Shown: positions 43,171 through 51,743 of the stretch, in pieces | Layout of the letters: each line of letters begins with the position of its first letter | How positions within the stretch are numbered: the first letter of the stretch is position 1 | Source: Escherichia coli | GTDB lineage: Bacteria > Pseudomonadota > Gammaproteobacteria > Enterobacterales > Enterobacteriaceae | Strand: one strand, 5' to 3' | Assembly (NCBI RefSeq): GCF_965641715.1 | Contig: NZ_OZ282453.1 | DNA length: 64,000 nucleotides | Made by a program: the position numbers and the translations under genes | Notes under the pieces: model-generated | What the model was told of the DNA's origin: nothing | Databases searched by the model: none | Seen by the model: only the letters and a program-made list of their open reading frames with translations

Positions 43171-43356
43171 ATATGGGCGCGTGTACGTGAAATCTGGCAA
43201 ATTAGCAGGGTAATTGTGAGGGAATTTTTGCGTAGGAGCGTTTGTGGCTGGTAGCTCAAAATTGAGCTTTGCTTTTCATTCAATGACTTAGGTTAATTCT
43301 AGCAAAACGCTAGGATTGAATGTCCGCCAGTCTGCTTCCCCTAGCGTGGGATTTGG

Positions 43357-45723
43357 TCAACGTCTGCGCGGCTGCAAAATTCCTCCGGGTCGTTGTGATT
43401 CACGCTGCATCAGTCGCATCGCTGTGTTTTCTATGGTCTGCTGCAGCGCTTTTGAGTCTTCCTCTGTCCAGCCGTTGTTAGCCTGGATGTTGAACGTATT
43501 GTTCATCGTGATTCCGCCACCGCCTACCAGATCGCGGCCCGGTGTAACTCGTCCACCTTCACCCGGGATCATGTACTGTTTCCCGCCAGTGGATGTAAAT
43601 AGCTCCGGTACTCCGTGCTCCCCGACCCTATAAAGATTGCCACCGTTAACAGCCCCGCCGTTGTAACGAGCGCCAGCCAGTCCAAGCGTTTTGGCGGCAG
43701 CTACGCCAGTAGTAAGCCCGGTAAGTCCAGTGGCCCCAGCGCCGCCCATCGTGGCTACGTTAGCCAGGTATGCAGGAGTGGCCCACGCCGATCCTAATGC
43801 TGTAGCCTCTGCTAGTGCTTTAGCTGTTGCGGCTGCGTTTGCGGCTTCACCAATTAGCTGCTGTTTAACCCACTCAGCACCCATCTGGACAATGCCACCG
43901 ACCACAGAAGACAGGATCGTACTGCCAACGTTGGCAAGTGACTCTTGCAGCGATTGAGTACCGTTTATCAGTCCGGTAAATGCGCTGCCAGCGCCAGACG
44001 ATAACCCATCGACCATATTCCCGATGAGGCCATTTATATCGCTTTGTTTCTTCCACTGCTGCCACTGGAGATCCAGAACCCTTTGTTCATGTGCGATCTC
44101 TTCCTGGCGCAACTGCTCTTCGGTAGCCCCAAGATCTAGAAGCATTTGCTTGCGAACAGCCCATTCATTTTGGATCTTCTGTATTGGGTCAATCTGAGCT
44201 TTCTGCTTATCCTGCTCACTGACAAGACTGTCCCATTTCGCTTTCTGCTTGCGGATGGCTTCAGCTTCATCAATTGCTGCGAGTGTACTTGCTCGCTGTT
44301 TCGCGCTGATCAACCGTTTCTGCTCAGCCGCTTCCAGGTCTTCTACTGCTTTTTTCCGTTTATTGAGCGCCGCTAGTTCGGGATCGTATTTTTCCACCAA
44401 TGAAAGGCCGCTTGCTTCCTTACGTTCGCGTTCTCTTTGTGCCTGTTTGGCTGCCTGCTTAGCGGCGTTTTCTGCTTGTTTGGCTGCTCTTTCTTTCGCC
44501 CTGGTGTTCTCTTCTTCCTTGCGCTTATTCTCTTCTAACTCCTTGTTTTGTTCGCGTAATTTAACGATTTCCTCATGATGCGCCTTTGTCAGCTGGCCTT
44601 CTTTCAGTGCCCGATCTATATCAGCGTTTGCGTTGCCTTTTAGCTGTTCCTGTTTAACTTGCAGATGTTTAATCATCATTTCGCCAGTGGCAATCGCTGC
44701 CGCAGACGCTCCAGCATTCAGAGCTTCATTTAACGCTCTCTGACGTTCTTCTGCTGTTAATGCCTCGTTGCTGTATCGAAGTAGCGCATCAACGTATTTC
44801 TCCAGTTCTGCGCGGCCTGCCGCAGTTGCTGGTTCCATTGCTTTTAGGATGCTCAGAAGGCTTTGCGCTTCATAGGAAGACGGGTTTTTGCGGAACTGCG
44901 CCATAGCGTTATAAAGCGCCATAGCTTCACCCTCTGTGATTCTGTACTTAGCTCCCAGCCCTTCAATGACCGCTGATAACTGTTTGCCAAGCGCTGCACC
45001 GAATGCGCCTTCCTTGCTTAATTTGTTGAGCACTTCACTCAGTGAATTTCCTGACACGCCCAGCGCGTCGAGTTCTCTTGCTACCGTTCCCAGGTCGCCG
45101 CCTTTCATCCATCCTGCATTAGAAAATTCAGTGATAGCCCGGCCCGCTTCCCGCGTTTCTTCCTGGAGTGTTTTTAGCGCCCGCACGGCCTGCTCTTTCA
45201 TTACGGCGGCGGCAATGGCGTTGTTCTGTGTGGCTTCGTAATATGAATCACTGAAAGCGTTAACGCCCTGGGTGGATTTGCCGATCACGGCGTCGATTGA
45301 TGCTAATGCCTCCTTCATCCTTTCAGCGCTATCCGTTGCGTCGTCCATGCTGTCCGTTAGGCTGTTGGCAATCGCCCCGCCAATAGCCATCACCGCCCCC
45401 ATGACCGCACCGCCAGTACCGAAGGCAGCGGCAAGTTGTGCACCCTGCACAGCGAACGCCTGGAGCGCATTACCGCCCATCTGCAATTGAGTGGCAAGGT
45501 CTGCGATCTGGTATGATGCGTTACGGATTGCCGGGGAAAGGTTGGTTTTGACTGCGGCAGACGTTTTGGTCATCTGCGTGTTCAGTTTTTTGACGCCACT
45601 GTCAGCGCGTTTTGCGCCGCGTTCTATACTGTCAAAAGCCTGGTCCGCTTCTTGTTGTGCTGCCAGGAGTTTACCAGTACGGGCGTCGACCTCATAGTAT
45701 ATGGTCCCAAGATTCCCACTCAT
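43357..45723 (-). CDS. Tape-measure-like large coiled-coil protein (lambda-H-type C-terminal region), orphan
   Basis: 788 aa with an Ala/Glu/Lys/Gln-rich heptad-like central region (EENKRKEEENTRAKERAAKQAENAAKQ...). Gly-rich C-terminus with LYRVGEHGVPELF, the 'VGExGPELF' signature recalled for lambda-family tape-measure C-terminal domains. No neighbouring tail genes. Confidence 0.6.
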   Translation of the reverse strand: MSGNLGTIYYEVDARTGKLLAAQQEADQAFDSIERGAKRADSGVKKLNTQMTKTSAAVKTNLSPAIRNASYQIADLATQLQMGGNALQAFAVQGAQLAAAFGTGGAVMGAVMAIGGAIANSLTDSMDDATDSAERMKEALASIDAVIGKSTQGVNAFSDSYYEATQNNAIAAAVMKEQAVRALKTLQEETREAGRAITEFSNAGWMKGGDLGTVARELDALGVSGNSLSEVLNKLSKEGAFGAALGKQLSAVIEGLGAKYRITEGEAMALYNAMAQFRKNPSSYEAQSLLSILKAMEPATAAGRAELEKYVDALLRYSNEALTAEERQRALNEALNAGASAAAIATGEMMIKHLQVKQEQLKGNANADIDRALKEGQLTKAHHEEIVKLREQNKELEENKRKEEENTRAKERAAKQAENAAKQAAKQAQRERERKEASGLSLVEKYDPELAALNKRKKAVEDLEAAEQKRLISAKQRASTLAAIDEAEAIRKQKAKWDSLVSEQDKQKAQIDPIQKIQNEWAVRKQMLLDLGATEEQLRQEEIAHEQRVLDLQWQQWKKQSDINGLIGNMVDGLSSGAGSAFTGLINGTQSLQESLANVGSTILSSVVGGIVQMGAEWVKQQLIGEAANAAATAKALAEATALGSAWATPAYLANVATMGGAGATGLTGLTTGVAAAKTLGLAGARYNGGAVNGGNLYRVGEHGVPELFTSTGGKQYMIPGEGGRVTPGRDLVGGGGITMNNTFNIQANNGWTEEDSKALQQTIENTAMRLMQRESQRPGGILQPRRR

Positions 45724-46012
45724 AATATCTTTATCCGCGTTGTGCGGACACCTCCGATTATTCTTTACTCTAATAATTTCACAATGAAACAGTTTATTGC
45801 CGCTTCAGTGGCTTCGTGTTCCGGTTTGCTTCGATCAATCACAAAAAATACAGCTTAATAGAATCAATGGCTTATAAAGTTGTATTAGCTATGTTTCTTC
45901 GTCCGTGCCACTGAAAACCCAGTTTTTCCAATGGAATCAATACTGATATGTATCCATACTGTTTTTCACATAATGTACGTTATGCGCACTACGGGAAACG
46001 TACTGAATTTAT

Positions 46013-46243
46013 TTACTGGTCGCCGTTCAGTTCATGCAGAGTCTGTTCTGGCAATGAATCCAGCCAGTTTTCTGCATCCTCCCTGTAACACTCCAGGATG
46101 CAACGGTTTGTGAAGTTGATGAAAGCGGTCAGTGATTCTGCTTCGTCGTTCCTGTGCGTTCTCCTGGCGTGCTTGCGTAGTCGTTTCGCGTCTGCCAGTT
46201 GGTCATTGAGTATCTTCAGTCTGTCGGCAATATCATCGTTCAT
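46013..46243 (-). CDS. Hypothetical small protein (76 aa)
   Basis: ORF co-oriented with the element's genes. 290-bp non-coding gap before the tape-measure-like gene. No motif recognised. Confidence 0.35.
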   Translation of the reverse strand: MNDDIADRLKILNDQLADAKRLRKHARRTHRNDEAESLTAFINFTNRCILECYREDAENWLDSLPEQTLHELNGDQ

Positions 46244-46430
46244 GTCGTCTCTCCCTCGCGCGCGCGTCGTACTTGTCCGAAAATTACCCCCATAAAAGCG
46301 CCCCTCATATAGTGCAAAATCCCGGCTGACGCGGATCTCAGTGGGTTTTAGCAGTGAAAACTGACATCAAAAACGGCTCGCTAAGGTCCGCTAAGTATCC
46401 GCTATCGTTCGCTAACCCCCCGCTAACCTA

Positions 46431-46796
46431 TTAGATATCGCATCCAACGCTATTGAGCTGGCTATGTATATCGGCGCGAATTAACTTCAGGCGTTTACAA
46501 AATTCGCGTTCTTCCGAATTAAGCTCGCGGCCACCTTGTTTCGAGGCAATGAGCTTGTTGATGGTGGAAAGCGAATATTCACTCCATATACGAAGCATTT
46601 GTCGCTTCATTGGTTGCTCGCTCAATGGTGAGTTTTTCAGGTCTGACACGCGCTCTGCGACGGTTCTTGCGATGCCTTGTACCACTCGTAGTGCCAACAT
46701 GATGATTTTCTCCGGACTTGTGCTAATATAGTTCCCGAACATTGTTTCGAGACTGCTTATCCTGTTTGTCTTGTCCGATTTGTTCATTGGTCGCAT
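46431..46796 (-). CDS. Hypothetical protein (121 aa)
   Basis: Co-oriented ORF in the compact gene array 46431..47993. No family recognised. Confidence 0.45.
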   Translation of the reverse strand: MRPMNKSDKTNRISSLETMFGNYISTSPEKIIMLALRVVQGIARTVAERVSDLKNSPLSEQPMKRQMLRIWSEYSLSTINKLIASKQGGRELNSEEREFCKRLKLIRADIHSQLNSVGCDI

Positions 46797-46838
46797 TGTT
46801 AAGTCAGCCGGGGTAATTCCCGGCTTTCTTTTATCCGA

Positions 46839-47381
46839 TCAGTACCGAATCCCTATCGCATTGAATACGCGTTTCCGTTGCTCAGCTTCAGGATCGGCGG
46901 CCATTTCTGGTTCTGGCTCCGGCATAGACGGGGCGGCATCAAAATGCTCAATTTCACGACCGAAATACGAGTTCAGGTCAATACCTGCCGAACTATCCAC
47001 TCCATCAAAATAGCGACGCTGTTCCTCGGTGAGACAGCTACCCAGACGTTCCTCAACCTGCGCCATAAACTCAGCATCCGGTGAGAAGTACTCATCCGGA
47101 GTCGGAGCACCGCTCTGTTTGTGCATCTCCATTTTCTCTGCGTTCGTTTTCAGCCCGGCAATGCGTTTCTCCAGTCCGGCGGCTTTAATAGCGTCAGCAA
47201 CGATTTGTGGGATCTGCGGTTTAATTATTTCGATAACTTCATTGCTGATTAATTTAAACTGGGCCATACGGATCGCTTTAATCTGCTTATTTAACAGTGC
47301 GCGTTCCCCTTCGTTGGCGGTTTTATCACGCTGTGCTACCAGTTCATCGCCTTTGTTTGTCAGTACATCAAATGCGTCCAT
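46839..47381 (-). CDS. Hypothetical phage-like protein (180 aa, acidic C-terminus)
   Basis: Co-oriented ORF. C-terminus PEPEPEMAADPEAEQ. Possible packaging or scaffold-type function, assigned by position only. Confidence 0.45.
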   Translation of the reverse strand: MDAFDVLTNKGDELVAQRDKTANEGERALLNKQIKAIRMAQFKLISNEVIEIIKPQIPQIVADAIKAAGLEKRIAGLKTNAEKMEMHKQSGAPTPDEYFSPDAEFMAQVEERLGSCLTEEQRRYFDGVDSSAGIDLNSYFGREIEHFDAAPSMPEPEPEMAADPEAEQRKRVFNAIGIRY

Positions 47382-47398
47382 TGTCTTTCCTCCTCCGA

Positions 47399-47725
47399 TT
47401 ATTTAAAAGTGCTTATTGACACGCCGAAACGACGACTTAATTCAAAAAGGAGTCGCGCCTTTGCAGTGCCTTCCATGTCTTCCGGCATTTCAGACTGAAG
47501 TTTATCAGCTACTTCATCAACAAGTGGCCGAACCGTTTCCACGAACTTGTCCGCAATATAATCAGCAGAACGCATCACTTTTTCCTGGAATTCCTCACGG
47601 CGTACCTGGGCGGCTGATTTAGGGGCTGTCGTGCGCTGAAAATAACTGTCTAATGAATGCATGGCATCTGCTCCTTTTACTTTGATTGCTGTTATTTCTT
47701 TAATTGTGTTTGCTTTGATTTTCAT
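47399..47725 (-). CDS. Hypothetical protein with a C-terminal HTH-like segment (108 aa)
   Basis: C-terminal ...AKARLLFELSRRFGVSISTFK resembles a DNA-binding helix-turn-helix. Confidence 0.4.
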   Translation of the reverse strand: MKIKANTIKEITAIKVKGADAMHSLDSYFQRTTAPKSAAQVRREEFQEKVMRSADYIADKFVETVRPLVDEVADKLQSEMPEDMEGTAKARLLFELSRRFGVSISTFK

Positions 47726-47801
47726 GCTGCCTATTCCTTCAGAAATTGCGGTAGTTTGCTTTTTAAATCAATAAGTTATTTGATAATCTCAGTAGCTGTT
47801 T

Positions 47802-47993
47802 TCATTGGTGGCGAGCGCCTTTGTTTTTATAGAATTCCAAAATCTCAGATCGGATAAACTTAATTCTTGAGCCAATCGGACTGACCGGGACGGGCCAGCC
47901 TTTAATCTTGTTCATCCACCGGAATATTGTCCGACGGGTAACGCCGAATAAAGCTGCTACCTCGTTAACCGTCATTAATTCGCTATCATTCAT
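47802..47993 (-). CDS. alpA: AlpA-family prophage transcriptional regulator / excisionase-like protein
   Basis: 63 aa, MTVNEVAALFGVTRRTIFRWMNKIKGWPVPVSPIGSRIKFIRSEILEF, the classic AlpA (MerR-type wHTH) pattern found next to P4-type integrases. Confidence 0.75.
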   Translation of the reverse strand: MNDSELMTVNEVAALFGVTRRTIFRWMNKIKGWPVPVSPIGSRIKFIRSEILEFYKNKGARHQ

Positions 47994-49116
47994 GTTCTCA
48001 CCTCAAAAAGTAGCGGTGAGGAAAATATGGAGAAAACCCTCACCGCGCCCTGAATGAAATTAAAGACCAACATTACTGTTGATACTTATTATTATATTCC
48101 TCCTGTCCCTGTTTCACATCTTTTACCATATAGTGAAAGGGGATATTCTGTAATGTTTACAAAACTTTTAATTAGCAAAAAATAATTGCGCATCTCACGT
48201 AATGCAGGGATAATATTACTCAAGGGCTGGTTGCCCTTACTCAAAATGTGATCTATAACTACAACGATCTATTTCACTTCCCCGCTTTCTCCGGCGGGAT
48301 TTTTTTGCCTGCAATCTGGCACCATTGCGCACATTAAAATTAGATGCCATTTAAAAGCGATATAACGCGTTCTGCCGGGCTTAATTTTGGCTATCCACTT
48401 GGAAGGGTAAGCCTGTTTTGATTCGTCTGGCGTGGAATGGTGCGGCGGTAATATCAGATCTCAGCGTTCTGCGTGGTGGGATGAAATAGCCTGGCAGGAT
48501 TTGCGTGTGGTTTGCTCTCCCAAAAAATGGGGTAATGGCGCTGGCTGGATGGCAGGACTCCGCGCTGATTACTGGATGGCTGAAAATTTAATGAAATCGC
48601 ATCAATTTTAATGCGTCTAAATCGCTCTGTGGCGACGTGAAGTTTTCAGGTAAGCAAGTGTAGCTGTGTGGTGTGTTCATCGCGTTACTGGCACCATTCC
48701 GTTCGAATTTGGCGCTATCAGGATGGTTTGCGGTGGTCGGCGGCGGGGATAAACTTGCTTGAGTGGTCACCTCAGCCTGCTGTGCGTCGTGTGATGGTAC
48801 TGTCTGCACCTGGCTATACGCTGCTTTGCTGCTGTTTCCTGTCTGGTCTGTATACGCGATAAAACCCATCGGCTTTACAGTGAGTGAGTTTTTTGCGCTT
48901 TGCTTTCCATTCGGTTTGCTTACTGCTGCTGTGTGTCTGTGCGGTAGCTCAGAAAGCTGTCGATGATAACCATCACTGCCAGACCGTCTTTTGAGCTGGC
49001 GATTGCTCGAAGTCTTCCGAAGGTCCGCTGGGCTTGTTGCTTGTTTGTGTTCTTTTAAAATGCGCGCCTCTTACTTTCTCTTAAAAAGAAAAAAGGAATA
49101 TACAGATCTCATACTA

Positions 49117-49274
49117 TGTGTGTCCCAAATGTCACACGTCATGGCCTGACCTGTATCCCAAATGTCACACGTCACCCTCTGACCTGTATCCCAAATGTCA
49201 CACGTACCTGTGTCCCAAATGTCACACGTCTATTGTTAATTAATTGTTGACCTGTGTCTCAAATGTCACACGTC
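49117..49274. repeat. Iteron array: 5 direct copies of ~22-bp CTGT(G/A)TCCCAAATGTCACACGTC with an AT-rich tract (49231..49250) before the last copy; putative replication origin
   Basis: Copies start near 49119, 49151, 49186, 49208 and 49252. Directly downstream of the Rep-like gene. Confidence 0.75.
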
Positions 49275-49338
49275 TGTTGATGGTTTAAGTAATAAAAAGG
49301 GCCACCATTTTAGGTGACCCATTGATGCGTTTTAGTCG

Positions 49339-50103
49339 TTATCTTGCGTTCTCGACCTGAAAAAGCATTCTGTATTTTCTTGCGTGCTGACCAATAACAT
49401 ATTCCCCGTATGGCTCAATGAGTCCTAACTCAACCAGGATTTTCATCTGGCGAATTACGGTGCGGCGATTCATGCCCCATTCATCAGCTATTTTTGCCTG
49501 GCAAACTTCAGATACATAAGATCCATCATTCTGCTTTCTTGCTGCTGATGCAATGCTGGATAATACGCTCCAGGCTGTAGCTTTAGCTTTATTCTCGCAA
49601 CCACTTCTGACAAATGCCTTACGTGCCGCACCCAAACAGACATAACTGCAATAAATTCCTTTTTCTTCCGTTTGGTATTGTGTCTCTTTATCCTGCATGG
49701 CTTCCGGTTCTTCCGGCGCTTCCTGCTGTGGTGCTGTCTGCGAAGTTTTAGCGGCCATACTGCGTAGCTCGTTCACGATATCAGTAGCTGATTTCTTCTC
49801 GCTTTTAGTTTCCTGCGTGACTGATAAATACTCACCTTGTAACGCCAGGAAGTCAGCGCGGGCGTTTGCCTGGCTTTGTTCTGGTGATTCAGGTTCTGCA
49901 TCGGCAGGTGATGAAATCGGTGATACACGCGCCCAGCCTGTTTTGGCGTTGCATTCCCAGCGATAACCATTAAAGCGGATATCATTCAGGCCATCATCAA
50001 TGGCGCTCCGTACTTCTTCCGGGATCGCGTCGATTTTCTGAAGGCTGTGTTTACCGAGTGATTCGCCTTGCCGTGGGGCGTAGGCGGTTGGTAAAATATT
50101 CAT
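49339..50103 (-). CDS. Putative replication initiator / iteron-binding protein with a C-terminal winged-HTH
   Basis: 254 aa. C-terminal ...KIADEWGMNRRTVIRQMKILVELGLIEPYGEYV is a wHTH. Adjacent to the iterons. Acidic low-complexity middle region. Confidence 0.55.
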   Translation of the reverse strand: MNILPTAYAPRQGESLGKHSLQKIDAIPEEVRSAIDDGLNDIRFNGYRWECNAKTGWARVSPISSPADAEPESPEQSQANARADFLALQGEYLSVTQETKSEKKSATDIVNELRSMAAKTSQTAPQQEAPEEPEAMQDKETQYQTEEKGIYCSYVCLGAARKAFVRSGCENKAKATAWSVLSSIASAARKQNDGSYVSEVCQAKIADEWGMNRRTVIRQMKILVELGLIEPYGEYVIGQHARKYRMLFQVENAR

Positions 50104-50349
50104 GTGGGATTTCTCCTTTTTACTTGTTTCCCATATCGCCCGGATTGGTTAGCGGCCTTCCGGGCTTTTTGTTGCGTTGATCCTATTTTCGATCCCCGGA
50201 TTTTTTATTACAAACTTGGCTTAATCATTGATTTTATTGGTATAGCTGTATAAAAGGATAACAGGATAAAAGGGTGATAGATTGTGTAACCTGTTAACCT
50301 TTTATACCAGTAAGGCGAAAGAAAAGCCGGACGAATCCGGCCTTATAGT

Positions 50350-51555
50350 TCACGGCTCCAGCGGATTACCGCCACCAGCCAATATCTGGTCGATGGCGTC
50401 GCTGTAGTCCTGCATCATGGCCCGCCGTTGCTTCAGATAGGCCGCCTGGTTATAAACGCCGCGCACACCTTTCGGAACGTGGGCCAGTTGGATTTCGATC
50501 CAGTCTGGTGAGTATCTGCCGTACTCGTTAAGTGCGGTTGAAAAGGTGGTTCGCCAGCCGTGACCAGTGGCTATCGACTTGTATCCGATACGCTCCAGGG
50601 CTTTAAGGATGGCACTGGCTGAAAGTGGCTTATCCATGAATCGACCAGGGAACACAAAAGCACTGTATCCGCTGCGGGTAAACTGGTCCTGTAATAGCTC
50701 GACCGCCTGCCGGGATAGCGGGACCACATGCGGGCGGCGGGCCTTCATGACTTCAGCGGGTAGGGTGATGGTTGCCGATTCCAGATCTACCCACTCCCAG
50801 CGCATTAAACGCAGTTCTGCGGTCCTTAGGGCGCTTAATATAAGCAAACGTATTGCCGTCTGAATCTGAACGCTCCCGGCTCTCTCAAGGGCTTTGTAGA
50901 AGGCCGGGATTTCGTTAATTTGTATCCATGCGTTATGGCCTGGGCGTCGGGCTTTCAATGCCGTGTCCAGATCTGCAACCGGATTTCGGTTAACCAGTTC
51001 AGTGATAACGGCAAATTTGAAGATTTCCCCTATACGCTGCCGTAATTTTCGGGCCTGTTCCGGCGCGGTGCGCTCTTTCTTCTGAAGCAATGCCAGCACG
51101 TCACGGGCCGTTATATCGACAATCGACCGCTTGCCAAGTACCGGATAAACATCTTTCTCCAGTGCCGATCTAACTTGTTTCGTGTAAGACTCAGACCAAC
51201 CGCTCACTCTGGTAGCAAACCAGTCTTCCGCTACCGTCTTAAAACTTGCCGCCATGTTGAGCGCATCAATGGCTTTCTCCTTGCGCGCTTCTTCCATTGG
51301 GTCAATTCCCTGGGCGATGAGTAAACGGCTCTCTGTGGCGCGTTTACGTGCTTCCTTCAAGGTAATCAGCGGATATACCCCAATAGCCTGTAACCGCTCT
51401 TTCTTGTCTATCCAGTACCGGAATCGCCAGTATTTGCTGCCATTGGGATGTACCAGCAAGAACAGGCCAGGTGTCTGTGAATCGGTGAGTTTGTAGGGCT
51501 TGTCCTTCGGCTGGGCGGCCTCTATGCCCTTTGCTGTCAGTGGTGTCTTGCTCAA
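50350..51555 (-). CDS. intZ: Tyrosine recombinase/integrase, P4 family (IntZ-like)
   Basis: 401 aa. N-terminal arm-binding region MSKTPLTAKGIEAAQPKDKPYKLTDSQTPGLFLLVHPNGSKYWRFRY and C-terminal catalytic region with ...HGWRTTFSTALNE...LAHV...Y. Adjacent to eutB as intZ is in K-12. Confidence 0.85.
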   Translation of the reverse strand: MSKTPLTAKGIEAAQPKDKPYKLTDSQTPGLFLLVHPNGSKYWRFRYWIDKKERLQAIGVYPLITLKEARKRATESRLLIAQGIDPMEEARKEKAIDALNMAASFKTVAEDWFATRVSGWSESYTKQVRSALEKDVYPVLGKRSIVDITARDVLALLQKKERTAPEQARKLRQRIGEIFKFAVITELVNRNPVADLDTALKARRPGHNAWIQINEIPAFYKALERAGSVQIQTAIRLLILSALRTAELRLMRWEWVDLESATITLPAEVMKARRPHVVPLSRQAVELLQDQFTRSGYSAFVFPGRFMDKPLSASAILKALERIGYKSIATGHGWRTTFSTALNEYGRYSPDWIEIQLAHVPKGVRGVYNQAAYLKQRRAMMQDYSDAIDQILAGGGNPLEP

Positions 51556-51713
51556 AACCGGATACCTCGATCTAACGACTCGATAACCCCGCTCATGTAT
51601 CCGTCGCGTTCGGTTGCGTTCGGCAGGATAAGTAACGGGCGTATTAAGTGGAACACCTTACAGGACAAGGGATAACGATGAAATAGAATTGTTCGAATGC
51701 TGTGAAAAATGTT

Positions 51714-51732
51714 ACTCATCACTTCTTCCTGA
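51714..51732. repeat. attR-like direct repeat (ACTCATCACTTCTTCCTGA), remnant of the ancestral eutA 3' end directly upstream of the eutB RBS
   Basis: Partner of 40514..40532. 130 bp downstream of the integrase gene. Confidence 0.6.
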
Positions 51733-51743
51733 GGGAACGACTT

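Larger units (their letters stand above)
40533..51732 (-). mobile_element. Integrative element / defective prophage (P4-family tyrosine integrase type) inserted between eutA and eutB, at the site occupied by CPZ-55 in K-12
   Basis: Integrase next to eutB. 19-bp imperfect direct repeats at both ends. All 11 ORFs on the minus strand. Phage-like content: AlpA, Rep plus iterons, tape-measure-like protein. The eut operon is otherwise contiguous. Confidence 0.85.

Noticed and set aside
48588-48869. 93-aa minus-strand ORF (and overlapping 64- and 67-aa plus-strand ORFs) in the ORF-free tract of the element
   Set aside because: No SD. Low-complexity Ser/Thr/Ala/Pro composition. Mutually overlapping on both strands. 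Most likely chance ORFs in non-coding DNA.
49117-49274. Direct-repeat array considered as a possible CRISPR array
   Set aside because: Repeats are 22 bp with irregular 10-13-bp spacers and one AT-rich interruption, and no cas genes are nearby. The architecture plus the adjacent wHTH Rep-like gene fits replication iterons instead.
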